Assembly (NCBI GenBank): GCA_965202585.1
Contig: OZ241832.1
Span: 41,168,001 to 41,232,000 of the forward strand
Source: Thalia democratica
Lineage: Eukaryota
Length of the DNA stretch: 64,000 bases
Reading direction: 5' to 3'
A model generated the notes under the pieces. It made no database searches and was not told the origin of the DNA. It was given only the letters and a program-made list of their open reading frames with translations. Positions within the stretch are counted from its first letter, which is position 1. Each line of letters starts with the position of its first letter. Shown in pieces: positions 48,301-63,300 of this stretch. Position numbers and translations under genes: made by a program.

Positions 48301-51300
48301 GTTCTTTGAAACCTGGAAGAAATTCAGAAAACCTGGAGAATTTTTTTTTCAAATCCTTTGGCAGTCTTTACTTAATTGTACTTTGAATTTGTTGAGTCTT
48401 TTTTAATTTATGTAACTCTACTCAGGTTGTTCTCAAACTTCGAAAATTTACAAAACGACTTAAAGATTTTACCAGAGTGCCTATCTGATATTGTTCAAAT
48501 GTGGTTATATCGGGTAGAAAATGAAAACAGTGATTTACCACATTTCATACAACTGCTTTTGTGTGTTATCTACTGTTTTGCCAATAACGGTATAAATGAT
48601 AACACACTTTTTTCTATACTTCAGTATTACTTCACCCAAAGGTAAATTTATAAACCTTAAATAGTACTTGTTCAACTTCTTAAATAAAGTCTTATTGATT
48701 AACTTAAAAAATTTGAAATAGCTGTTAACGATTTGTAATGACTTATGCTTTCAGCGTTTCAAACTTAAATAAAACTAATGCTTAAGCAAAAATTTTAACG
48801 AGAATAAAGTTTTCACTTACAAAATGTTCATCTAGAAACCTGACTAATCACGAACAATTTAGTATGCTTAGAAGTCGTTTTACAAATGCAATTTGCTGCT
48901 TGAAAATTTTGTTTTCATTCGAACCGTGTTCTGATGAAAGAAGCTTCCTTATTAGATTTAAAAATAAGTTCATATTAGACGCTGTCAAGTCCAGGTTTGT
49001 TGCATTTCGAATTCAATTTATAGTTGCAAACTTTGTAAAAGCTTAAAGTACTTAATTTATTAATTTGAAAATTATAACTATTGTAACAGTTTGCAAACCT
49101 TTAAACTGAAGCTTTAAGACTTAAGAATATAGTAGATAAATACTAAACGTAAATACTTTTTAGATAGTTTTCTAAAAGAGTTAAATTTTAAATATGTGCG
49201 CTGTAAGTCATAAAACAAACTTTGTACTCTAGATTATAAAGTATAAAATATTTTAAACAGAAAATACTATTTCTATTTTTGAATGTTATTTTTTTAATCA
49301 CTACGCTATAACTTTATAAGAACTAAAAAGAAGATACTAAGTATAATATAATGTAAAAAAATGACTAAAATTATTTTCAACGCGTTTTAAAGTTAGTTTA
49401 CCATGCTCTCTTAGCTAGTTAATGGTACTAACTAACTGCGCACAGGTAGACAACTTAAGGAAACACTGATTTAGAGGACAGTTGAACATTTTACTGATGA
49501 ATTTTTATATTATTGTTAATTTTTACAAAACAACTATGAATCTTAAACGTTCTTCCACCGTGAACCTTAATTCATAACCCAAACCACTACTCTATAACTT
49601 CTGGCTATAACCTGAATATGTGAATTAACTCTTTTTTTTAAATCACTGAACTAAAAAAACACGTTGTATATTTTAACTGTTAAGTTTCGATATTTTATCT
49701 GAATAAAAATATAGTAGATATGCGTGCCCGACTATTCAAATTCGGATAATTCAAATTCCGACAATTCAAACTCAAAATAAAAAATTGAAACGGCTAAATA
49801 TAAAAAAGTAATGTATATTTGTCTAAAATAAATGATGCATATGTAAATAAAATAAATATCTACAGGACATTTTTTCTTTTGGCAAAAAGTTAAATATTTT
49901 TGGAGATAAAGCTTTATTAAAGTAAAAAATATAGTTATTTATAGTAATTTTTAAATATTTTGAAAAATATTTTAGATTTTTCAAAAAAGATAAAAGTGAC
50001 TTGTAGGTATTAATAAGATCTACATAAGCATTTTTTATTTTTTTCAAATTTATATTACTTTTTGAGATATAGTGTTTTAAATATTTTTTTAAGAATCTGA
50101 ATTCTCGGAATTTGAGTTGTCCGAATTTGAATTGTCATGTAACCAGTCGATATAAAGACTTGAATTGTTTAATTATTCTGAGTAATAAGAAGAAAATGTT
50201 TAATTTTCGATAATAAATATCAAAAAAGTTAAGAAAAAACAGTATTGTGTAATGCCAGTAAAACTATAGGCAAAATTAATTTTATCTTAAACTAAAAAAT
50301 TAGATACACTATATAATTTATACATAAATAAAAAAATTATATTTTAAAATAATCTGCACAATTAATATTGTTTATGAAATTAAAATCTTGAAAGGACTGC
50401 TATAAATAATTTTTTAAATATTTGTTAACGCTATAACTAAAACCGTGTTAAAAGTGTATAGAGCATTTGTAAACTTAAATTAGTGTTGAAACCATTAATA
50501 ATAAATTAATTCAAGCTGATTTTTATTCTTTTTTATACTTCCAAATGATAAAATCGTATTGTATAAAACTTAAATAAATTAACTAACTTGTTAAATTTTT
50601 AAAGGTATTTTCAATGTGATAAAGACATAGCAACTGTTCACAAGGTAGTAGTGTCTTACTATACCACTATTCTGTGCACTAAGCAATCTTTTACTGATGA
50701 ATTTCACACTGCGTTACTTAACCTTCCTCTACAGATTGATGCTTCTGGTAAGAACTTCTGTTTTGCATGGTTATATAATAAAACATAATTAATATATTGG
50801 CATTAGAAGTTCAGCAATTAATTATAATATTTACATATAAAAAGTCATCTCATATAATATATATTAGAAATATAGTCTATTAGTTAAGTATGCACACTTA
50901 TAATTTTAGCATCCTTTTTTGTTTTTAAGTTTTAAATGTTAACTACTAAAAACTAAAAGTACAACTACATATTAAAACCTTTTATTAATAGTTTAAAATT
51001 TGTATAGTCTATTTAATTTCAAACTGCAATGGCTTAACAATTTTTTAAACAAGATCCCTTCTACTAATTCTATTCAAAACTAACGCAAACTTTTGAAGTT
51101 AATTGCTAAAAATTTATTCTATTGAATATTTGGAAACACTTAAAATGACGAAAAGAAAGGTTATTTATAAAAAAATATATTTTTAATTATGAATAAAATT
51201 TTAAAGTAAAACAGAAATCAAAACGAAAAGTTTTTATTACGTTCATTAAGGATACAAAAATATCGAGTACATTATAAATCGTCTTATAGAAGCTTTTTTT

Positions 51301-54300
51301 TATAACATTTTATAGGCTTAACACCTTATGTTTACATTTATAATTCATGATACTAAACTAATTTTAAATGTTAAATTTTAAACAAAAGTTTTTGCTCTGT
51401 TGTTTAAAATTCTTACTTCACATATGTCATTAGCAGTGAAGAAAAAATTGTTTCTTGTTTTAATGTATCTTAACTTTTAAAAATCTAAGTGCTGTATAAC
51501 AAACTTATAAAATTATATTTGAGTAAGGTAAAAGCTTGAATAATTACTTTTAAAATAACAAAATGAATGAAATGAAGCTTGTAGGATATAATTCAAACTA
51601 ATAGTTAAAAATGCATAAGACTACTAAAACTCTTATTATTTTATATCTGATTGATTATTGTATATCAATAAAACTTAATATTGATTAATTTAAAAATATT
51701 AAATATGTATGTGTATCATGACTTGGGTATAACTATTTTTTCTTAAAATTTAATCAGGTTACTATGTTTTACTAAATTTTTGCAAACAAAGGAGAAAAAG
51801 TTAAAAATATAACTAGAATTACTTGCTAAATGTTTCTTTGTAATGTAATTGATAAGTCCTGTATTAAGCTAAAAAGTAAACTTATTAATTTATTATACAG
51901 AAGAGAAAGAACGATTGAAAATACTACTGAATAATGAAAAGTTTATCACCATAAAATGTTTGAGTGGCTATGTTCACTCACTAATAAATGACTTTTCTTT
52001 ACTTTCCGATGAACATATAGTAAAAGAAAGTGTAGCTGCAAAACTTCAGCATATACTTAAATCAAATTTGCACCTACTCAAACAAGATCCTCATCTTTTC
52101 TTTCCAATTTTGTTTTCAAAAGACCCTCAGTTAGCTCGCAATTTCTACTGTAAAGTTTTCTCTGTTCCTTCGCAGCGAAAAGAAGACACAGTTTCAGGTA
52201 TTTAAATGTATATTTTGTATTGGAATGGCGAGTAGTTAAATAACTTAAGTTATATAGTTTTAAACTAAACTTAAAAACCTATTAAAAAACAAAAACTTGA
52301 TGTTAGAATTTAAGCTATCGTATTTTGAAGTTATCAGTTAATTTCAAAAAAGTTGTGTTAGTTTTTTCAAACCAAGTTTATTAAGCAGGTGAGGTAGAGA
52401 GAGCGTTAATTATGGAAAGTGTAGATAATGAGGAGGAAATTTCTATTAATAAAATGTTTCCCTCCAGTTCTACTTTGCTCAATTCAGCTATTCTGTCTGT
52501 ACGTCATTCACCAAGGTATGGCTAATAGATTATTTAAGAGTTTTTTAGTCAATAGTGTTAAACTATAAAGTGGTTGTAACAACTAGCGCTGTTCTTTTCT
52601 TCCTTTTTTATCAAAGTTAAAAATGCTTAAGTTAAGTAAAGCGCGAGTAGTTTTTGGGCAGTCTAGTTTTAGCTTTGTAATAATATCATATCGTGCTAAA
52701 AAGGTTGTGTTCGCCTCGTACTTCTTGTACGCAGGCGACTGTTTTTTATAAACTTTAAATTGAAGTAGTTATTTGTATATTTTGTTATTATGTTTAATCG
52801 CAGTTTCTATTCATTGTAATACAGCTTTGTTTTCTAGACTCGATTTCTTTATATACAAATAGTTAAGCATTCTTACAATCTAACTATTTAATTAGGCTAA
52901 GCTTAAAAGATAGTCTAAGTTAAGTTCGCAATTCATTAAGTCGACTTAGCTAAATAACTTAGCTAAGTCATTTCTAAACATTTAAATAACATCACCGATA
53001 TATTTATAACGCGCACGGAGTCAGATAATAACCAGTATCGCGTATAAGTAACATTATTAAAAACATCGGTCGATTGTTAAATGGTTTGATAAAAGATAGA
53101 TTTTTTGCTTATGCACTAATAATTCGATACACAAAACAGTGGTAAAGTATTGGCATGTGGGGAATCAAGTGGCGACATCTCAATAATCGAATGTGATACT
53201 CTCAATGTTAAACACGTTCTTTTTGGTGCTAAATCGAGTAATATTTGCCTACATTTTCTTGATGAACTGTTCTTGATGAGTGGACACTTAGATGGAGATC
53301 TGGTCGTTTGGAATGTAGATAGTATGTATTTTTGATACTATTTAATTTACATTCAGACTATATTTGTAAACAAATACTAAACATTTATTTTTAAAGTATA
53401 AAAGGGTTCACATATATTTTAAAATTTATTAGTCTTTAATTTTTTCTTACACCTTAGATCTTAACTAGTATTTTTTTCTGTTTCAGCTAACATAAATTTT
53501 TTGTTTGTAACATATAACTGATGGATAAACAATTGAAGTTAAAAGTGCAATAAAAATTAAAAACTTCAGATTGTTTAAAAAGAGCTTAAATAATAACAAG
53601 CAATAATTCGTAAACAGAAGGGTATAAGGTACGGCGATTAGAAGGGCACAAAAAGGAAATTACAAGCATTGCTTCAAGCACAGCTAATTCTTATGTAGCA
53701 ACATCGTCTATGGATGGTAAAATGAAACTTTACCAAACCAGGCTAGACCAAAGCGAAGTGATTGGGCCAGTTTTAACCATAAACTCTGAGCGTAATTCGC
53801 CTATAAACAGTGTATCATTCCATCCTACTGTTTTAAAAGCAGTAGTTGGTACATGGTCAGGCTGCATGGAAATTTTCGAGCTTAAGAACGGAAAAAGAGT
53901 AGCCAAAATTTGCTATAATGGTACCAATAACTCGGTAAAGCATAATTTTTGTTAAAATATTTTTAGTAAACTAAACTAGCTAATTTTTTACTGTACAATT
54001 ATTATAAACTATATAACTTAATTTTACTTGTGTTAACGACTAAATATATCCAAAGATTAAATGTTGAAATTTGAAGTGTTCTAAAATTATTATTAAACAA
54101 TTTAAATTAATTAAAATCTTCAACCTTTAATTGAAACTATTTTAAACTAAACTTAATAAGCTTATAAATAACGCGTTATTGAAAAAAAAAGAAACTAACT
54201 TAAACTAAACGCTCGAAATGTCAATTCAGCACATAATTCTAAAATGAACATGACAATGCAGTACTTTGCTTAATAGTTTTGTATATGTGTAGTAAATAAA

Positions 54301-57300
54301 ACACAAAACAATTTTTTATTGTAAGTTTTTTTGAAATCAATACAAAGTGTAACCAACAAACATTACGATGCTAAAAACTGCGCTGAAAAATTAAATAATG
54401 TTTTTTTTTTACATTAATTAATAATATAGACTTTACTTTGAAAGATTTTTTTTTCTTACTCTACTTACTATTTTAAAACATGTTATATAACTTAAAATTG
54501 AACCATTGTTTGTAAATTTCGTACAGTTCTAAAAGTAATCTAAATGAAAAAGTGATGAGCATTTTTCTGTTTTATACACTCAAGTACTTAGTTGTGAGTG
54601 ACTTACTTTGAACTTACATTACAGTTTCGAGATGTTAAGTATTCTCCATGTGGTCGATTTATTCTAGCCAGTATTTTATACGAAGATGGTGTTCGTATAT
54701 GGAACGCTGACAGTGGGGATTTCATTCGAAACATAACACAGAACTCAAATGACTATCTTGACAACCAAATAGAGTTTTTTGATTTTAATAATAACCGGAA
54801 TGACTTACTTGCTGTCGCTGGTATTAATAGGTATCAAGACAATACCTCTGCAATTCGTATATTTGAAAATACGAGTGGCTCTGTAACTGGGTGTATTCGA
54901 AATGTAACAGAAAACAAGGTAACTAGTGTATCTTTATATTTTTTTGTTAGTATATACTTGTACTTTGCACGAGAGTAAAAAAAAAACAGGACAAAAAAAG
55001 TTGCGGACTGAGGGTAAGGGTTAGGGGTAACAGTGGTAGTAAAATAAAATCACTAAAAAAAAAGATAATTAAAAATAATGTATAATAAAAAAGAAAGATA
55101 GGATATAAAATTCCCCCCGTGCAAAAGTGTCCCTTCGTGCATATTTGACTACTACCCATATGAAATAATCTTATAATTTAAAACATAATGTTTAAAAATA
55201 ATTATTTATCAGAATGACACTAGTCTGAAGTCTGCCGTTTGTTGTTGTAAATTAGATGATAATATTTTTATCGGATACAAAGATGGAACTATATGCCAGT
55301 ACAGATGTAGTTCTAAGAATCGTTCCTATTATTCCATTAGACCTTTCTCTGCTGTTGTGTAAGTAAATCAACTATATAGTAACTCATATTATAATTGTCA
55401 AGTTTAACTATGTAATTTTTATGTGTTTTTTAAAACTTTTTGCTTGTTTTTAGATTCATCGAAGCACTAGCTGAAAGAAACTTGTTAGTGGTAGGATATA
55501 GAAATGGTAAAGTAAAAGTAGTTGAGTTTTTTCAAAATGAAAATAAAGCACCCCAACTATACTGCGAAATGGAAGGAAATTCTGGTAAGTTTGAAGTTGT
55601 TTGTTAAGTAATTATTTGAACAAACGAAGTTGTGATTCTAGAATTTATCAATAGTTGCAAACAAATTACATGTCTCTCTACAAGTTGAATTTGAACGAAA
55701 CCTTAAAAACGTTTATTAAACAACATGTGTAGCTCCTAAAGAAATGTTTGTCTATGGTTTAAGTATTGAGTTGAAATAAGCGAAAAAAAAAATCATCAAA
55801 GCATTCTACATTCGCTGAAAAAAAAATATTGAAATATGTCTTTCTTAATATATTTTTTAATAAATAATCATAAAATGTATGACGATAGCTTTTCCTAAGT
55901 TGATTAAAGCAATGCTTCTCAAAGTGCGCACAAAAGTGTGCATTTAAGTTGTATTACTGTTCATAGAATTTAGGTGAGAAGGATCTAGATAAAAAAAAAA
56001 GTGTAATAACTAAAGCTCATTATAGTTGCCCATAACAAAGTATGTATAATTTAATTACATGTATAGAATCATAATATCCCTATTTTAGTTGTAAAAATTT
56101 GTTTATAAAACTGTCTAATTTGCCTAAAAACTTCCTCAAATATTTAATTATGGATAGCTCTTTCAAATATTTAGAAAATTTATTGAATTAAAGAAAATTT
56201 TATAAATATAATTAATACTAGCATTCTTAAAGTCATATTGTTCTTAACAAAGTATTGTTAAAGTAACTTCTTACATAGCACAAAAATAGTTACTTATGAT
56301 AATACAGAAAGGAAGTTTAACAGCGTCACTATAATATTTAAATCAATATAAAGTAACTTAAAATTATTAAAAAGAAATGACCATTTACTATATTAATTAA
56401 ATACAAACAGTTAAAGTGGTTGTAAGTTACATACTACACTTGTAAAATTTAGTCTTTTATTATATATCTCGAATAGTACTAATTAAATAACTATGTGTAC
56501 TTTGCAAACAATAATCCATCAAAATTTATAACTATCTGATAAGCGCTATTAACAAATTAGTTGTATAAAATTTTATATAAACTGTTGAATTTTACTAAAT
56601 TTTTTACTTAAGCTTTAAATTTGTTTTAAAACTTAAATTTATTATACTGCTAACTTTTTTCTATAATTACTTGAATATAAAATTAAAACAAGACATTATA
56701 AATATTTAATCTATAACTTTAATTTTCTTTTATGTAAATTTAAAATTTTCAAGTTTCTCAAATCATCCTTCTGTTGTGTCAAACATTGTTTAATATTTTT
56801 AGTTTCCAACCATCTAATGTGTAAAAAAATTTTACTTCAAAAAAATAACAAGCTTTTATTTTATACTCAATATTATTGCTTGAAGTACTTTCAAATGCGT
56901 CGTCAGCAAGCCATTAAAATAATAACAGTTGATTTTTTATTTGCTTGCTGTGACAATGCATTTGAGAGTACTTCAAGCAATGATAATGAGTTAAAACTAA
57001 AATGTTTGTTGATTTTTGTTAAGTATAATCTTTCATCAGGTGATACACAATAAGATATTAAATCTTGAAGATCTAAACAAGCAGAACACGTCGCAAAAAA
57101 AAACATTTTTTTTCTTATTAATTTTACTAAGTTTTATGTCCTTAAACTAATAAACAAGTTATTTATGCCTGAGTCCAATTTTTTACAATAACTCATACTT
57201 ACGTGTTATACTTATCATAACTAATAAAACTCTATACTTGATAACTAAACTACCTAATGATACAACTTGATCTTGTTTTAAATTGCATCAAAATAAAAAT

Positions 57301-60300
57301 TAGCATTGTATTTTACATGACAAAAACTAGTTACAATTCAAATAAAAAAGTAACTTCTAAACTCTATTCCTTGACTTATAGTTAATGAAACTTGAACTGT
57401 TAAAAAGACTAACAATTATTTTAATATAAATTGATAAAAATTGTTTCCGGTAAGCCATTGCTTTTTGTAAAGTATTTTGCATTTGGTTATTTTAAGCTAC
57501 TTAAAAAAGCTTAGCTGATTATCATTTGCAGATAAACTTTGCTGTGGATTATTAATAACAAATAAAGAAAATTCTGAGGAACCCATCATTGTGACATCTG
57601 GCTTAAGTGGTCTTGTGAATGTTTTCAAGCTAAATTCACAAAATGTTTATGGAAAAATTCAAATACGGGATAGTTATTGCATGTGTTTGGATTATTTTTA
57701 TGAAGAAAACTTAGTTATAATTACTGGTTAGTTTGCGCGCAGTTTGTATATTACCATTTCGACAGAAAAATAACTCAAAATTTTACTTAAAGAGTTTATC
57801 ACTTAAAAGACTTTTTATCTCCTGTACTAAAATATTCTGAATGTGTCCTTCTCTTAAAATTTATTAAAAAAAACACTGTTTTGTACTATAGGAGGTAAGG
57901 ATGGTAGCATAAAGTTTTGGAATTCTCATGAGGACTCCAATGGTAGTTTGGAAACTAATTGTTTTGAAAATATTGAAAATGCTCATGCTGATTGGATTAC
58001 CAAACTTAGTTGCGTTGAAAACAATGGCAGTCTGTTATTGGTTAGTTATGTTTTATGTTAGCTTTACAATTTGAAAAATAAATCAAGCGTTAGTAATGAA
58101 ATAATATATACTTGTTTTAACACTTATGAAAACACTAGGGTTCTGGCTGCCATGACGGTTCTATAAAAATTTGGAAAAAAAATGAAATTTGGTCTCAAAT
58201 GTTTCATTTAAATCGTTACCATAAGTCACCTATTTGTATGTTGCTACTGAATGATGAAAATAACATTACTTCTTCTGATATTGAGGGACGAGTTTGTCAT
58301 TGGTACAGAAACACCCCAATCCCATTGATTGAAACGGACAAAACATGCGGAAATTTAAATAGTATACACGTCTATTCAGGTAACATTTACTTACAATGCA
58401 AACTAAATTTTATAGAGTTATTTCTTTAATTTTTTTTTTATTAAACTTATAATGTGAATGTTGTTAATTTATACGATTTTTTTACAAAACTTGAAAATAG
58501 ATTCTGAATTTGTTTCTCACGCTTCAGAAGAAAATAATCCTGGGTATACAAATATAAAAGACTGGGCTAAAAATGTTGATCAAGATAACTGGCTTTTGAA
58601 TCACAATTCTAATTTAGCTAATAGAAGCAAAAATGAAAGTAAGGTACATTTACCAAACAATATTTTGCTTGTATCTGAAGATGGATGTTTGAGAATATGG
58701 TCGAAAAATGTAGTTAGTAATTTTAGTATTTAAATAGCGCAATAATGTTATAATTTTAAGTAATAAAAGTTTAACTAAGTCTAAATTAAAAAATTGAACG
58801 ACATAATTTTTTTAAGTCGAGGATTTTTTATCTAAAAAAATAAAAAAAGAGATTTATCTACTTCTTGAACAAAAGTTGCTTTCATAATTTTAAAAAACTA
58901 ATCGCTTGCACTTAAGAAAAAAAGATAAAATGATAAATATATACTCCGGGTAAGAAATCTAGTAGTGCCTAAACAACTTTTTTAATTCATTAACATATGT
59001 TAAATAAGTTCAGAGTGTATTATTATTGTTTAGAAATTTTTATGCTTAATAAATGTTTTATTTGTGTACACGACAATTCCAATTTAATCGACAGATTCAA
59101 AAAAAAAAATTATGCTAAGCTTGGTATTAAAATTTTTTAACATTTTTTGAAATTAGTAAACTTTTTGATGGTTGAAAACTTAAATGTGTAGTACACATTG
59201 TGTACTTGTAATTTTACTTTAGAGATAACAATATAAGTTCTCGCCCTAATAATAAGGAGATTTAGTTTATTTGAATGATCTATTTGAATTAGACTTTATT
59301 AACCTACTGAGAATCTTTTTTGAATTATTTCAAACGAGTGAAACATTGTTTTGAAAATATAAATTGAATATTAGCAGTAAAATTTGAGTTGAAAAACTAA
59401 AATGTTGAAACTTCTAGGAAAGTAGGCTTGCAACTTTACTAACTGAAAGTTCACCAACAACTAAAATGAGTATTAGCCAGTATCAATGCGCCTCGGCATC
59501 TTCAAATCGTCTTATTTGTTGGAATGTTAATGACTCTATCAGTTCATCAAGGTTAGTTTTTTTAGTAATAACTCCAATATTAATATAATAATAATATTAA
59601 CTCTTTCTAATCCTCTTTCAATTTTATAAAGTTGTATCTCATAAATATTTAAGTTAAAGTTAAGTAAACTAGAATAATAAAAACACAAATTATAAATAGT
59701 TAGTTTGGTATTTAAAAATGATAATTAAGTTTAATAATTAAACCCGTTTGTTTTAATTGCTGTACAACAACATTATTGTCATTTATTGATTGTTTTTCAA
59801 AAAGTTTTTTTGATTTTTTACATAGTTTCTCTTTTAAAATAGAATTCAAGCTAATCAAGTGTTTGTTTTTATTCAAAGTTTTCTGAATCAAAGTTGTTCC
59901 AAGCCAGCTGCAACTTAATAATTTAATTTTTAACTAGTTTGCTTTTTTTTTAAGATTAATCCTAAAGTCAAAGTACAATAAAAACAATTTTTTTGCTAAT
60001 GTAATAAACGCTTATAAACAAAAACTTTACTTTTTTTTAAAGTTAATATACAAGCTTAAATTTTCATCAAAAAGTGACACTAATAAAAAAAAAAAAGTAA
60101 AAACGTTTCATGCAATTTTTGGCCACATTTATCAGTTATGCGGGTTCACTAAAAATTAATTAATTCAATTAAGCCTTATTATATATATATGTAAATATAT
60201 CTAAAATGTTAAGTTCAAAACATGTACTACATATGTTTCATAAAGCTTATTGTTTTAAGCTTCAACTTCACATTTTGCATTAATTTGTTAAAGTCCTTTA

Positions 60301-63300
60301 ATTTGGCTCAGTTTAAATTGACTCAGTTAATTTATTTCTATTTCTATTTATATATATACATATCTATTTATACTTCATTTTATAAAAAAAAAATTTGTCA
60401 GTGTTTATATTAATAAATCAAATAAGAGTGTATATCAAACTATATTATTTTAGTTCTGAAGACCGAAGACTAATTAAAGATATTAGAGTGACAAATAAGT
60501 ACATAGGTGTATTACATGATGATACGGATTCAATAAGATTTTTCAAATGGTGTTCTAACTCCTTAAAAATTATAGAAATCGAAGACGTAGAGTTAGTTTG
60601 TAACTAAAAAAACTTTTTTTAATATTTGCACTTGAATAGTTGTAATTTAACATTATGATATAAATAATTAAAATAAAGTCGAAAAACTGTAAAATTACCT
60701 TTTCATCTACTTAAAAAATTATCTTAAAATATTTTTATGTAGTAGTGAAAACTAAGCTCAAGTTAAATGTTTTTTTCTGCAAGTTTTACAGTGGATATTT
60801 TCTATCTATTTATAATGAGTACCTAACTATGCTATTATGCTATTAGAGTATTTTAAGCTTATTGACTTAAATAATGTAACTTCAAAAATGGCACTGATGA
60901 AAATCATAAAAAGTATTCTGTTATAATTTCAAGTAGGTTCAAATCGAAAATGCGTTTAAGTATAACCAATAAACTTTTTATATGCATAAAAAAGTTCATC
61001 ACTAGGCCTTTAAGTTTAAATATACTAAATTCGTTAAATATGGTTTGCTATTAAGTTTTTATAATAATTACTGATGCATTAAACAAAATCTAAGGCAACT
61101 TGAAAATGTTGTTGATAAAAGCAACACAAAAAATCTTAATATAATGACAAGTAACTTTTGTTTTTTTGGGAAAATTTTTGAGTCCTAGATCTACTTAGAA
61201 TCTAAAACAAAGATTATAAATTAGGCACTAGTAAGTCTATTTTTAAAAAGTTAATTTAAATAAAAGTGTTTATAATTAGTACTGATCTTTTATACCTTTT
61301 TAACAAAGTAATATAAAGGTACAGGCCGTTAAATAATTCCATAATTAATTCTACGAAAAAAGTTTTCAAAAATTAAAACAGTTTTTTTCTTATATAAGTT
61401 AAGTTGATGCTTATAAAAATTGATATTTTAATTTTGTTCGCTTAAAGTTTATTTCAGAAAATATTAACATAAATATTTGTTTTTAGCTGTATAGCAGAGG
61501 TTATTACTGATTTTGAAAACCATATGAAAAAGAAGTTGCAACTTCAACACGAGTTTGAAAAGAAATTTGAAAATTTTGAATTTCCTGAATTTGACCTAGA
61601 TATTAGCATTGGTACTTTTTTTTTTTACGTTTAAAAATTGTATACTTAAATTTTGGTAATTTATAGTTCTATATCTTTTTCGGATTCAAGTTATTAAAAT
61701 TTTGGTTTAAAATTCTAATTTTTAAGATAGAGTAACTGACAATTGTATTAATTGATATTAATCAAAAAGATAATTGAGCTTACTAACTGTTTTATTTTTT
61801 AGTTATAGAATATATTTTAGCTCTTAAATATTGACGTTGCTTAATAAATAAATCGTATATAGTTTTCAAAGATACCTAAACTTAGATTTTATATTTATGT
61901 TCGTGTGTTAAATCAAATTAAAAAAATTTAGATCTTGATTGCAAGTTAATTCAATTTTCTTCGAAATTTATCGTGCTGGTTAATTTCAACAAAGAAAGAA
62001 AAATCTATTTATACGATGACAACAAACTGAAATCACTAGTAAGTATAATGAGTTTACTGCAACGAACTTTTGTTTATTTTAAGTGTAAAAAATAAAAATA
62101 AAAACTGTTTGATTTTTTTAAGTACTGTTTTAAACTTAAGTGTATAAGATTCAATTTTGTTTGTTGATTACAAAAAAGACATAAAATTGATTTTTTTTTG
62201 AAAAGTAAAGGTATGTAATCCTAAATTTAATAATTATTGGTAGCGTCTACTAATGTTGGTAATATCAATGTTGGATTAATTTTCGAATAAAAACATAAGT
62301 TGTACTCCTTAGAAAAATGTTAAAGTTTAAATAAACAATTCACGTATAAACTATATAAATATTTAAATGAACCTATAAAAAATCACACACCCAAAAAGGT
62401 ATTAAAGTATAATTAAAAAGCTTCTGACAATATTTAAGATAATTTAACTATTCTTTTGACTATTGAATTATATACTTACTTTTATACACATGTTAGCTTA
62501 TAGTAGATATTTTTTTCTAAACCTAACGTGGAAATTAACCTATAAAGGAAGTCATAAACAAAAAAAGAGTACTAAATATTGTAATATTTCGTATATATTT
62601 ACAGTACTGAAATTAATATAATTGTAATTAAGTTTCTTCATATTCAAAGCTGTTTTTTTCTAACTAAATATTAAACTTTAGAGTAACAGTGAAACTAGTA
62701 TCAAAGATTTTGATGTCAGTGAAAATAGTGTTGTTACATGTGATGGAAAGTTGTTGAAAATGTGGAAAGTAGTTAATAATCAGGTTTTATAAATTAAACA
62801 ACAAATTAAAATTAAATAGAAAGTGTAATTTAAAAAAAAGAATATTATTAGTAGTTATATTTTAGTTTCATTATTTAAACCCTGCTAAGCAATAAATAGT
62901 AGTTAAAATGTTTAAAAATGTTTTATTTTATTTATTAAATATTTGTCACATTTTTTAAAGTAATTTTCAAAACTATATATTCTTTTAGCTTGGTATTGAA
63001 CTCTTTTTAAGTAATTTTTTTTATCATGTTATATTAATTTTCATTCTGTACAAAACTTAATATCTCATGATTAAGATGGCATTATATTTGAGCTATGTTT
63101 TTTAACAGTTTTCCTGTTAAAAAAATATTCTATTACTACTGTGTTCTAATTAATTTACAACATTGTACTCATCGCTAAAATGAAATATTTACAGTTGAAA
63201 CAAGTTGGACAGTTTCTATCTGAAAGCACTATTGTGTGTGTGAGTTTCCTGAATAAAGATTTTATAATTTATGGAAATGTTATTGGTTCGATAAGTGTTA

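Noticed and set aside
48755-48835. Upstream acceptor for TEP1 exon 26
   Set aside because: In-frame TAA at 48783; the acceptor ending at 48835 is used instead.
49823-50047. 74-aa minus-strand ORF
   Set aside because: Entirely inside an AT-rich MITE.
54947-55159. 70-aa minus-strand hydrophobic ORF
   Set aside because: Translation of the TTAGGG-bearing repeat and A-tracts.
56817-57106. Overlapping plus and minus ORFs
   Set aside because: They span the intronic foldback; TEP1 exons 34 and 35 join in phase without them.
60895-60925. Other CTGATGA words as hammerheads (also 49494, 31230, 40348, 57035)
   Set aside because: No GAAA at the right spacing and no stem I or III pairing.
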